From Pseudomonas aeruginosa (GTDB taxonomy: Bacteria > Pseudomonadota > Gammaproteobacteria > Pseudomonadales > Pseudomonadaceae), in the NCBI RefSeq assembly GCF_001457615.1, contig NZ_LN831024.1:1860001-1892000 (forward strand): 32,000 nt of DNA, in the 5' to 3' direction. Positions 8,932 to 16,604 of this stretch are shown piece by piece; within the stretch, counting starts at the first letter, position 1, and the number at the start of each line of letters is the position of its first letter. The position numbers and the translations under genes are program-made. A model generated the notes under the pieces. That model was given only the letters and a program-made list of their open reading frames with translations, made no database searches and was not told the DNA's origin.

Positions 8932-9789
8932 ATGCGAATGATGCGACGACTGTTGTGCTGGAGTGCGGGCCTGGCAATGTCGGCGGCTGTGGGGATGGCG
9001 GCCGCGGCGGACAAGCCGGTGATCACCATCGGTTACGTGGACGGCTGGTCGGACAGCGTGGCGACCACCCATGTGGCCGCCGAGGTGATCCGCGAGAAGC
9101 TCGGCTACGAGGTGAAGCTGATGCCGGTGGCGGCGGGGATCATGTGGCAGGGCGTGGCGCGCGGCAAGCTCGATGCCATGCTCTCGGCCTGGCTGCCGGG
9201 CACCCACGGCGCCTACTACGAGAAGATGAAGGATAAGGTGGTCAACCTTGCCATCAACTACCCGGATGCACGCATCGGCCTGATCGTCCCCGAATACGTG
9301 AGCGCCAACAGCATCGCCGACCTCCAGGCGCAGAAGGACGCTTTCGGCGGGCGCGTGGTGGGCATCGATGCCGGCGCCGGGGTGATGATCAAGACCGACG
9401 AGGCGATCAAGCAATATGGCCTCGACTACAAGCTGGTGGCCAGTTCCGGCAGCGGCATGATCGCCGAGCTGACCCGTGCCGAGAACGAGAAGAAGCCGGT
9501 GGTGGTGACCGGCTGGATTCCGCACTGGATGTTCGCCAAGTGGAAGCTGAAGTTCCTCGACGATCCGAAGAAGGTCTATGGCGATACCGAGCATGTCGAC
9601 ACCGTCGCCAACCCGGCGCTGGAGGCCAAGGCCAAGCCGGTCTGGGAGTTCCTGAAGAAGTTCGGCTGGAGGGATGGCAACGAGGTCGGCCAGGTGATGC
9701 TGGCGATCCAGGAGGGCGCCAAACCCGAGGATGCGGCGAAGCAGTGGGTGGCGGCCAACCCGGGACGGGTCAAGGACTGGGTGCAGTAG
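8932..9789 (+). CDS. betX: Periplasmic glycine betaine/quaternary-amine binding protein (OpuAC family), orphan SBP
   Basis: The track ORF was trimmed to MRMMRRLLCWSAGLAMSAAVGMAAAA, a signal peptide with an AAGGGG SD upstream. The mature part begins KPVITIGYVDGWSDSVATTHV, typical of OpuAC SBPs. The symbol is from memory of the P. aeruginosa Cbc transporter literature. Confidence 0.85.
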   Translation: MRMMRRLLCWSAGLAMSAAVGMAAAADKPVITIGYVDGWSDSVATTHVAAEVIREKLGYEVKLMPVAAGIMWQGVARGKLDAMLSAWLPGTHGAYYEKMKDKVVNLAINYPDARIGLIVPEYVSANSIADLQAQKDAFGGRVVGIDAGAGVMIKTDEAIKQYGLDYKLVASSGSGMIAELTRAENEKKPVVVTGWIPHWMFAKWKLKFLDDPKKVYGDTEHVDTVANPALEAKAKPVWEFLKKFGWRDGNEVGQVMLAIQEGAKPEDAAKQWVAANPGRVKDWVQ

Positions 9790-9810
9790 CACGGCTGGTT
9801 CGATCGGGGA

Positions 9811-9846
9811 ACGCCGTGCCCGGGCAACCGGGCACGGCGTTTTTCC
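9811..9846 (+). terminator. Strong rho-independent terminator after betX
   Basis: Perfect 13-bp stem ACGCCGTGCCCGG / CCGGGCACGGCGT with a GCAA loop, followed by TTTT. Confidence 0.88.
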
Positions 9847-9999
9847 TTGCCGAAGGCTGGCTCCGGAATCTGCCGGAAGGCCCGGGAATACCGGTCTAGA
9901 GCGGCTGGCGAAACGCTACGACTAAAGTCGTCTGGAGCGCTTGCACCAGCGTCCTACAGTGGATATCGACGACATTCCGCGTCACCCCGCTGTGAGGAT

Positions 10000-10007
10000 A
10001 AAAACAA
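10000..10007 (+). promoter_or_regulatory. A-rich AANAANAA motif at the yjcH start codon; candidate Hfq/Crc catabolite-repression site
   Basis: AAAAACAA lies directly against the ATG at 10007 and fits the AANAANAA pattern described for Pseudomonas Hfq/Crc targets. Confidence 0.3.
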
Positions 10008-10318
10008 TGAACGACAGCATCTACCAGCGGATTGATACCAATCCGCGCTTCAAGGAGTTGGTGGCCAAGCGAGAGCGTTTCGCCTGGATACTTTCTTCGA
10101 TCATGCTTGGCCTCTACGTGATATTCATCCTGCTGATCGCTTTCCAGCCGCAGCTGCTGGGCGCGCGTATCAGTCCCGATTCGTCCGTGACCTGGGGCAT
10201 CCCGATGGGTGTCGGACTGATCCTTGCCGCGTTCATCCTGACCGGCCTGTACGTGCGTCGCGCCAACGGCGAGTTCGACAGCCTGAACCAGGAAATCCTC
10301 AAGGAGGCGCAGCAATGA
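10007..10318 (+). CDS. yjcH: DUF485 inner-membrane protein (YjcH-like), partner of ActP
   Basis: The track ORF was trimmed to [19 protein letters not shown], which has a GAGGA SD. It has two TM helices. Its stop overlaps the actP start (ATGA at 10315-10318). Confidence 0.88.
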   Translation: MNDSIYQRIDTNPRFKELVAKRERFAWILSSIMLGLYVIFILLIAFQPQLLGARISPDSSVTWGIPMGVGLILAAFILTGLYVRRANGEFDSLNQEILKEAQQ

Positions 10319-11970
10319 TCGCTCGTCTCCTTGCCGCGCTCGGCCTTGCGGCCTTCGCTCCGGCCCTCTGGGCCGACGCGCTGACCGGCGACGTGCAGCG
10401 CCAGCCGCTGAACGTCTCGGCCATCGTCATGTTCGTCGCCTTCGTCGGCGCGACCCTCTGCATCACCTACTGGGCATCCAAGCGCAACCGCTCGGCGGCC
10501 GACTACTATGCCGCAGGCGGCCGCATCACCGGCTTCCAGAATGGCCTGGCGATCGCCGGCGACTACATGTCGGCGGCATCCTTCCTGGGTATTTCGGCGC
10601 TGGTCTTCACTTCCGGCTACGACGGCCTGATCTACTCGATCGGCTTCCTGGTCGGCTGGCCGATCATCCTCTTCCTCATCGCCGAGCGCCTGCGCAACCT
10701 GGGCAAGTACACCTTCGCCGACGTCGCCTCCTACCGCCTCAAGCAGAAGCAGATCCGCACCCTGTCGGCCTGCGGCTCGCTGGTGGTGGTGGCGTTCTAC
10801 CTGATCGCGCAGATGGTCGGCGCCGGCAAGCTGATCGAGCTGCTGTTCGGCCTCAACTACCATGTCGCGGTGGTCCTGGTGGGCATCCTGATGGTGCTCT
10901 ACGTGCTGTTCGGCGGCATGCTGGCGACCACCTGGGTGCAGATCATCAAGGCCGTGCTGTTGCTTTCCGGCGCCTCGTTCATGGCGATCATGGTGCTCAA
11001 GCACGTCAACTTCGACGTCAGCACGCTGTTCTCCGAAGCCATCAAGGTGCATCCGAAGGGCGAGGCGATCATGAGTCCGGGCGGCCTGGTCAAGGATCCG
11101 ATCTCGGCATTCTCCCTGGGCTTCGCGCTGATGTTCGGCACCGCCGGGCTGCCGCACATCCTGATGCGCTTCTTCACCGTCAGCGACGCCAAGGAAGCGC
11201 GCAAGAGCGTGTTCTACGCCACCGGTTTCATCGGCTACTTCTACATCCTGACCTTCATCATCGGTTTCGGCGCGATCCTGCTGGTCAGCACCAACCCGGA
11301 CTTCAAGGACGCCACCGGCGCGCTGATCGGCGGCAACAACATGGCGGCGGTGCACCTGGCCGACGCGGTGGGCGGCAGCCTGTTCCTCGGCTTCATCTCG
11401 GCGGTGGCCTTCGCCACCATCCTCGCGGTGGTCGCCGGGCTGACCCTGGCCGGGGCCTCGGCCGTCTCCCATGACCTGTACGCCAGCGTGTTCAAGGGCG
11501 GCAAGGCCAACGAGAAGGACGAGCTGCGGGTCTCGAAGATGACCACCGTGGCCCTGGGCGTGGTCGCCATCGTGCTCGGCATCCTCTTCGAGAAGCAGAA
11601 CATCGCCTTCATGGTCGGCCTGGCCTTCTCCATCGCCGCCAGCTGCAACTTCCCGGTGCTGCTGCTCTCCATGTACTGGAAGAAGCTGACCACCCGCGGC
11701 GCCATGATCGGCGGCTGGATGGGCCTGATCACCGCGGTGGGCCTGATGGTCCTCGGCCCGACCATCTGGGTGCAGATCCTCGGCCACGAGAAAGCCATCT
11801 ACCCGTACGAGTACCCGGCGCTGTTCTCGATGATCGTCGCCTTCGTCGGTATCTGGTTCTTCTCCATCACCGACAAGTCGGCGGCGGCCGACGAGGAGCG
11901 GGCGCGCTTCTTCCCGCAGTTCATCCGTTCCCAGACCGGCCTGGGCGCCTCTGGCGCGGTGGCCCACTAA
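10315..11970 (+). CDS. actP: Cation/acetate symporter ActP (SSF family)
   Basis: 551 aa and polytopic. It has the solute:sodium symporter blocks [35 protein letters not shown] and is coupled to yjcH. Confidence 0.95.
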   Translation: MIARLLAALGLAAFAPALWADALTGDVQRQPLNVSAIVMFVAFVGATLCITYWASKRNRSAADYYAAGGRITGFQNGLAIAGDYMSAASFLGISALVFTSGYDGLIYSIGFLVGWPIILFLIAERLRNLGKYTFADVASYRLKQKQIRTLSACGSLVVVAFYLIAQMVGAGKLIELLFGLNYHVAVVLVGILMVLYVLFGGMLATTWVQIIKAVLLLSGASFMAIMVLKHVNFDVSTLFSEAIKVHPKGEAIMSPGGLVKDPISAFSLGFALMFGTAGLPHILMRFFTVSDAKEARKSVFYATGFIGYFYILTFIIGFGAILLVSTNPDFKDATGALIGGNNMAAVHLADAVGGSLFLGFISAVAFATILAVVAGLTLAGASAVSHDLYASVFKGGKANEKDELRVSKMTTVALGVVAIVLGILFEKQNIAFMVGLAFSIAASCNFPVLLLSMYWKKLTTRGAMIGGWMGLITAVGLMVLGPTIWVQILGHEKAIYPYEYPALFSMIVAFVGIWFFSITDKSAAADEERARFFPQFIRSQTGLGASGAVAH

Positions 11971-11993
11971 GCGCTACGTGAAGACGTAGCCCG

Positions 11994-12031
11994 AGGCGGC
12001 GGCCGGATTTCCGGTCCGCCGCCTTTCGTTT
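11994..12031 (+). terminator. Rho-independent terminator after actP
   Basis: 13-bp GC stem with one bulge (11994-12006 with 12011-12024) and an ATTT loop, followed by TTTCGTTTC. Confidence 0.65.
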
Positions 12032-12059
12032 CAGCGTCCCGGTTACAGCGAGATGAGCC

Positions 12060-13859
12060 ATGCCTGACAGTTTCAACTTCGCCTCGCCGCCCTTCGACCA
12101 GTTGCGTCCCCATCAGCGCGAGACCCTCAAGCAGGCCCTCAGCGTAGGCTACTACGCGCCGGGGGAAACCTTGCTGGAGGCCGGTTCGGCGGTCCCCGGG
12201 CTGTTCGTCCTGCTCAAGGGCGTGGTCGAGGAGCGCGGCGACGACGGGCGAGTGTTCGCCCAGTACGCCGCGGACGACCTGTTCGACGTCCGCGGGCTGT
12301 TTTCCGGCAGCAGCAAGCATCGCTACCTGGCGATCGAGGAAAGCATCGTCTACGAACTGCCGGCCAGTTGCTTCCACCAGTTGTGCGGGGAGAACCCGGG
12401 TTTCGCCCGGTTCTTCCAGGCCGACCTGGCGGCCAAGCGCCAGTTGGCCCAGCGCGACGGGCAGAACCTTGCCGAGTTCATCCTTACCCGCATCGCCCGC
12501 GAGCACTTGCTGCCGGCGCTGGAGGTGGAGGCCTCGCTGTCCCTCGGCGACGCCGCGCGCCTGCAATTGAGCCACGGCGCCGATGCCCTGCTGGTGCGGC
12601 TGGAGAGGGACGGGCCCGAGCTCGGCATCGTCACCCGCACCGACCTCATGAGCGCGCACTTCCGCGACGGGCGCAGCGAGCTGGAGGCTATCGGGCCGTT
12701 GGCCCATGGTCCGCTGGCCAGCGTCGAACTGGGCGATTTCCTGTTCGACGCGATGATCCTCATGACGCGCCAGCGTATCGAGCGGGTCGCGGTCACGGAG
12801 GACGGTCAGGTGATCGGCCTGTTGCACCTGACCCAGGTGCTCAGCCTGTTCTCCACCCATTCCCACGTCCTGGCGCTGCGCATCGCCCGCGCCGACGACC
12901 TCGGCGACCTGCGCCGCTGCGCGGAAACCCTGGACACCCTGATCGCTACCCTGGCCGGCAACGGTATCCGCCTGCGCTTCATCATGCAGCTGGTCAGCGC
13001 GCTCAACGAGCAATTGCTCGAACGGCTTTTCGAATTGTTGCTGCCGCCAACCCTGCGCGGGCGCTGCTGCTTGCTGGTGATGGGCAGCGAAGGACGCGGC
13101 GAGCAGTTGCTGAAGACCGACCAGGACAATGCCCTGGTCCTGGCCGACGATCTGCCGCAGGAACAGGCCCTGGCGATGATGCAGCGCTTCAGCGCGGCCT
13201 TGCTGGAGTTCGGTTATCCGCCCTGTCCCGGAGGGGTGATGGCCAGTCGGCCGGAATGGTGCAAGCCGCTGGCGGCCTGGCAGGCGGAGCTGCGCGGGAC
13301 GCTGCTGGAGGGCAAGCCGGAGCAGCTGTTGCGCCTGTCGATCCTGGCCGATGCCTGGCCGGTGGCCGGCAACCTGCAGCTGTTCGAGCCGTTGCGTCGG
13401 CAACTGCGCGGTTTCGCCGACGGCGGCGAGCGCTGGCTGGCGGATATCGCGGCGGCGGCCCTGCAATTCGATACGCCGCTGACCTTCCTCGGCCAGCTGA
13501 AAACCCAGGACGCCCGCCTCGATCTCAAGCGCGGCGGGATCTTCCCCATCGTCCACGGCATCCGCACCCTGGCCCTGCGCGAAGGCCTGGAGACCCGCGG
13601 GACCCTGGCACGGATCGAGGCGCTGAAGCGACACAAGGTCCTCGAAGCACGCCTGGCGGACGACCTGAGCGAGTCTTTCGAGCTGTTCCTGCAACTGCGC
13701 CTGACCCGCCAGTTGGCCGGCCAACGCGACGGTCGCCAGCAGGGCCTGGACGTCAGCGGCATGAGCCGCCACGATCGCGACATGCTGCGCTACGGCCTGC
13801 ATGTGGTGAAGAAGTTCAAGCAGAGCGTGGCCCGTCAATTCCACCTGGAGACCCGATGA
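12060..13859 (+). CDS. Signal-transduction protein: cNMP-binding-like domain, CBS pair and DUF294/GlnD-type nucleotidyltransferase
   Basis: 599 aa. It has an N-terminal beta-barrel-like segment, CBS-type segments (ELGIVTRTDL, QVIGLLHLTQVL) and a Pol-beta NTase core (LLVMGSEGRGEQLLKTDQDNALVL). Confidence 0.88.
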   Translation: MPDSFNFASPPFDQLRPHQRETLKQALSVGYYAPGETLLEAGSAVPGLFVLLKGVVEERGDDGRVFAQYAADDLFDVRGLFSGSSKHRYLAIEESIVYELPASCFHQLCGENPGFARFFQADLAAKRQLAQRDGQNLAEFILTRIAREHLLPALEVEASLSLGDAARLQLSHGADALLVRLERDGPELGIVTRTDLMSAHFRDGRSELEAIGPLAHGPLASVELGDFLFDAMILMTRQRIERVAVTEDGQVIGLLHLTQVLSLFSTHSHVLALRIARADDLGDLRRCAETLDTLIATLAGNGIRLRFIMQLVSALNEQLLERLFELLLPPTLRGRCCLLVMGSEGRGEQLLKTDQDNALVLADDLPQEQALAMMQRFSAALLEFGYPPCPGGVMASRPEWCKPLAAWQAELRGTLLEGKPEQLLRLSILADAWPVAGNLQLFEPLRRQLRGFADGGERWLADIAAAALQFDTPLTFLGQLKTQDARLDLKRGGIFPIVHGIRTLALREGLETRGTLARIEALKRHKVLEARLADDLSESFELFLQLRLTRQLAGQRDGRQQGLDVSGMSRHDRDMLRYGLHVVKKFKQSVARQFHLETR

Positions 13860-14482
13860 ACACCATGGTCAAGTTGCCCGACAGCCGCTGGCCGGGCTGG
13901 CGCCGCCGGCTGTATTGGTGGATGCACGAGGCGGTCGAGGCGGAGGAAGTGATCTCCCTCGATCTCGAGACCACCAGCCTCGACCCGCGTCGTGCCGACA
14001 TCCTCAGCATCGGCGCGGTGCTGGTGCGGCGCGGCAAACTGGTCATGGGCGAGCGCCTGGAACTCTACGTCGAGCCGCCGCCGAGCCTGGATGCGGAGTC
14101 GATCCGCATCCACAAGCTGCGCCGCGCCGACCTGGAGGGACAGTTGCAGCTGGAGCAGGCCCTGCGCCAGGTGCTGGCGTTCATCGGCGACCGACCGCTG
14201 CTGGGCTACTATCTGTCGTTCGATGTCGCCGTGCTGAACCGGCACCTGCGCCAGCTCCTCGACCGACAGTTGCACAACCCCTCCATCGAGATTTCGTCGC
14301 TGTACCACCGGAAGGTCAGCCGGCATTTTCCCGACGCACACATCGACCTGCGCTTCGACACCCTGGCGCGGGCCCTGGATGTGCCGGTCAGCGGTCGCCA
14401 CACCGCCCTCGGCGACGCCCAGGCGGTGGCGCTGATGTTCATGCGTCTGCTCAAGGGGCCGGCGCCCAAGGTCATCCACTGA
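13856..14482 (+). CDS. DEDDh 3'-5' exonuclease (DnaQ/epsilon-like, RNase T superfamily)
   Basis: Only the last 208 codons of track ORF 12368..14482 are called, starting at the ATG at 13856, which overlaps the upstream stop (ATGA). The three motifs are Exo I SLDLETTSLD, Exo II YYLSFDVAVL and Exo III GRHTALGDAQAVALMF. Confidence 0.88.
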   Translation: MNTMVKLPDSRWPGWRRRLYWWMHEAVEAEEVISLDLETTSLDPRRADILSIGAVLVRRGKLVMGERLELYVEPPPSLDAESIRIHKLRRADLEGQLQLEQALRQVLAFIGDRPLLGYYLSFDVAVLNRHLRQLLDRQLHNPSIEISSLYHRKVSRHFPDAHIDLRFDTLARALDVPVSGRHTALGDAQAVALMFMRLLKGPAPKVIH

Positions 14483-14538
14483 GGCTGGAGGTCGCGGATT
14501 TATTGAATCTTCGTTGCTCGGCGGGGGTCGAGAACTAC

Positions 14539-14560
14539 AAGGGCGGAATCTCCCGCCCTT
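14539..14560 (+). terminator. Hairpin after the exonuclease gene; weak terminator candidate
   Basis: AAGGGCGG pairs with CCGCCCTT in an 8-bp stem with a 6-nt loop. The tail TTGCCCC is a poor U-tract. Confidence 0.3.
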
Positions 14561-14590
14561 TGCCCCATGAGCCGAACAGGAGCGACGCCC

Positions 14591-14749
14591 ATGAGTCTCG
14601 GTACGATTCTTCTGATCATCCTGATCCTGCTGCTGATCGGCGGCCTGCCGGTCTTTCCTCATTCGCGCAACTGGGGCTACGGGCCCTCGGGGATCATCGG
14701 CGCATTGCTGGTGGTGCTGTTGGTCCTGTTGCTGCTGGGCATGATCTAG
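14591..14749 (+). CDS. DUF3309-like small hydrophobic membrane peptide
   Basis: The track ORF was trimmed to MSLGTILLIILILLLIGGLP, with an AGGAG SD 7 nt upstream. It is 52 aa, with two Leu/Ile-rich helices flanking the SRNWGYGPSG motif. Confidence 0.7.
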   Translation: MSLGTILLIILILLLIGGLPVFPHSRNWGYGPSGIIGALLVVLLVLLLLGMI

Positions 14750-14764
14750 GGCCCGATCGGGAAT

Positions 14765-14823
14765 GCCGTCGCGGCGGGTATCGGCGGATAACGCCTCCGG
14801 CGTTATTCGCCCTACGCGGAGGG
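14765..14823 (+). repeat. REP-type (repetitive extragenic palindromic) element, copy 1
   Basis: GCCGTCGCGGCGGGTATCGGCGGATAACGCCTCCGGCGTTATTCGCCCTACGCGGAGGG. It contains a 13-bp stem (14783-14795 with 14799-14811, one G-U pair) and resembles the P. aeruginosa GGCGGATAACGCC REP family. Confidence 0.8.
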
Positions 14824-14840
14824 TTCCCAGCTTTCGCTCC

Positions 14841-14900
14841 GCCGTTGCGGCGGGGTATCGGCGGATAACGCCGTTGGCGTTATGCGCTCTACGTAGGATG
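14841..14900 (+). repeat. REP-type element, copy 2; direct repeat of copy 1 at a 76-bp period
   Basis: GCCGTTGCGGCGGGGTATCGGCGGATAACGCCGTTGGCGTTATGCGCTCTACGTAGGATG. It is highly similar to copy 1 by eye and has the same internal palindrome with one mismatch. Confidence 0.8.
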
Positions 14901-14924
14901 GATCGAAGCCTTCGCTTGGAGAAG

Positions 14925-14959
14925 GGCGGTTTCATCGCGGGTCCGCCGGGCGCTTTTTT
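14925..14959 (+). terminator. Possible terminator downstream of the DUF3309 gene and REPs
   Basis: Short stem GGCGG (14925-14929) with CCGCC (14943-14947), then a T6 run at 14954-14959. The geometry is not canonical. Confidence 0.3.
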
Positions 14960-15007
14960 CCATCGACCGGCTTCACTTGCCTTGCGTCTCGCGCCAGACT
15001 GGCGCGC

Positions 15008-16132
15008 ATGCCGATCCAGACGCTTGCCACCCTTGCCGATATCGACGCCGCCGAGTGGGACGCCTTGCTGCCTCCCGCCCAGCCATTCCTGCGTCATGCT
15101 TTCCTGTCCGCGCTGGAAGACAGCCACAGCGTGACGCCCGCTACCGGCTGGCGCCCGGCTCATCGCGTGCTGCGCGATCCGCAAGGGCGGCTGTGCGCGG
15201 CGCTGCCGGCCTATGTGAAGGCGCACTCGTACGGCGAATACGTGTTCGACTGGAGCTGGGCCGACGCCTGCCAGCGGGCCGGTATCCGCTACTACCCGAA
15301 GCTGCTGGTAGGGGTGCCCTTCACCCCGGTCGCCGGTGCGCGCCTGCTGGGCGAGGACGAAGGGTTGCAGGGGCTGCTCGCGTCCCTTGGCGAGGAGGCC
15401 GAGGCGAGCGGTCTGTCGAGCATCCATGTGAATTTCACCGACGCCCGGGCGGACACCTTGCTTGCCGCGCGTGACGGTTGGCTCGAACGCCTGGGTTGCC
15501 AGTACCACTGGCACAACCGCGGCTATCGGGACTTCCAGGACTTCCTCGAGGCCCTCAGTTCGCGCAAGCGCAAGCAACTGCGCAAGGAGCGCGAACAGGT
15601 CGGCGGACAGGGCATCGAGTTCGAATGGCGGGAAGGCGGCCAGTTGTCCGAACTGGAGTGGGATTTCGTCTATCTCTGCTACGCCAACACCTACCTGGTG
15701 CGCGACCGCGATCCCTACCTGAGCCGCGAGTTCTTCGGCCTGCTGGCCGAGCGCATGCCGGAGGCGATCCGTGTGGTCTTCGCCCACCAGCGTGGCAAGC
15801 CGGTGGCGATGGCGTTCAGCCTGGTCGCTGGAGATACCCTGTACGGGCGCTACTGGGGATGCCTGGCCGAGTTCGACCGGCTGCACTTCGAGACCTGCTT
15901 CTACCAGGGCCTGGAATTCGCCATCGGCGCCGGCCTGGCGCGCTTCGACGCCGGCGCCCAGGGCGAACACAAGCTGATCCGCGGTTTCGAGCCGGTGCTG
16001 ACGCGCTCCTGGCACTACCTGGCGCATCCCGGTCTGCGCGATGCCGTGGCGCAGTTCCTCGAACAGGAGCGGGCGGGTGTGCGCGCCTACGCCGAGGAGG
16101 CCCACGGCCTGTTGCCCTACCGCCAGGCCTGA
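15008..16132 (+). CDS. DUF482 / FemAB-like GNAT-fold acyltransferase family protein, function unknown
   Basis: 374 aa. The N-terminus (LADIDAAEWDALLPPAQPFLRHAFLSALEDS) and the C-terminal block ARFDAGAQGEHKLIRGF are typical of this conserved family. Confidence 0.8.
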   Translation: MPIQTLATLADIDAAEWDALLPPAQPFLRHAFLSALEDSHSVTPATGWRPAHRVLRDPQGRLCAALPAYVKAHSYGEYVFDWSWADACQRAGIRYYPKLLVGVPFTPVAGARLLGEDEGLQGLLASLGEEAEASGLSSIHVNFTDARADTLLAARDGWLERLGCQYHWHNRGYRDFQDFLEALSSRKRKQLRKEREQVGGQGIEFEWREGGQLSELEWDFVYLCYANTYLVRDRDPYLSREFFGLLAERMPEAIRVVFAHQRGKPVAMAFSLVAGDTLYGRYWGCLAEFDRLHFETCFYQGLEFAIGAGLARFDAGAQGEHKLIRGFEPVLTRSWHYLAHPGLRDAVAQFLEQERAGVRAYAEEAHGLLPYRQA

Positions 16133-16164
16133 AGGGGGCCGGAACGATAGGGCGTGGCGTCCGC

Positions 16165-16431
16165 TCAGCCGTTGCTGGTGCTGCCGCCCCATTCGAGGAA
16201 GCGGATCTTGTGCAGCTCGCCGCTATGGTCCTCGTAGACCACGGTCACCGGCACTACGCCGGTCCTGGTCGAATTGTCGGTACGGTGCAGGACATTCTTC
16301 ACGTCCAGTTGCATGCCGTAGTGGTATTCCTCGACCGGCAGGCCGCGGCCCGGGTCCTTGTCCACGTCCTGGGCGAAGGCCATGGGGGCGAGGCTGGTGA
16401 TGACGGCGGACACGACAGAGGCAAGTTTCAT
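16165..16431 (-). CDS. DUF2790 domain periplasmic protein
   Basis: The track ORF was trimmed to MKLASVVSAVITSLAPMAFA/QD, a signal peptide with a GGAGAA SD upstream. The mature part (VEEYHYGMQLDVKNVL...VTVVYEDHSGELHKIRF) is typical of Pseudomonas DUF2790 proteins. Confidence 0.8.
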   Translation of the reverse strand: MKLASVVSAVITSLAPMAFAQDVDKDPGRGLPVEEYHYGMQLDVKNVLHRTDNSTRTGVVPVTVVYEDHSGELHKIRFLEWGGSTSNG

Positions 16432-16604
16432 TCTGTGATTCTCCGTAGCGATGGGGCGAAATCCCCGGTACCGAGCACTGGCATCCTTGGTCGTCCGTGG
16501 CCGACGCCAGGTGGACGGGGACGATGCGGCAGGCGTCGGGATCGAGCCGGGGCACGGGTTCGATAAGAACACCGTTTCGCTGGCGGAAAAAATCGAAGCG
16601 CGTG

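Noticed and set aside
9858-9873. A sigma-54-like TGGCTC-N5-TCTGC upstream of yjcH-actP.
   Set aside because: The GC of the -12 element is displaced by one base relative to the strictly spaced TGGCAC-N5-TTGC consensus, so it is probably not an RpoN promoter.
12368-14482. A 704-aa ORF that appears to span the NTase and exonuclease genes. The same problem affects 29503..31005 (500 aa) and 25018..26409 (463 aa).
   Set aside because: The 5' parts are out-of-frame read-through of the upstream gene and give Arg/Pro/Ala-rich nonsense. Sensible protein sequence with motifs begins only at internal ATGs (13856, 30147, 25354), each of which overlaps the upstream stop as ATGA.
12060-14482. The NTase plus exonuclease pair read as a CBASS-like anti-phage module.
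   Set aside because: The NTase is GlnD/DUF294-like with cNMP and CBS sensor domains, not CD-NTase-like. The pair sits in conserved core context next to actP, with no other defence or mobile genes nearby. A metabolic-signalling role is more plausible.
14765-14900. Possible mini-CRISPR array formed by two direct repeats with a spacer.
   Set aside because: There are only two imperfect copies, and the repeat itself is a REP-type palindrome. The spacer is about 17 bp, and no cas genes or leader are present.
13835-16192. A 785-aa minus-strand ORF, together with other long ORFs antisense to motif-bearing genes (99..809+, 2740..3744-, 3752..4990-, 6050..7273-, 7444..8592+, 8683..9792-, 10114..11967-, 11967..13844-, 16497..18743+, 16669..18591-, 19174..20307+, 24428..25270-, 25384..26223-).
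   Set aside because: These are typical shadow ORFs of a high-GC genome. Their translations are R/A/G/P/H-rich with no recognisable motifs, signal peptides or SDs. Each is fully covered by an opposite-strand or other-frame ORF that carries clear family motifs.
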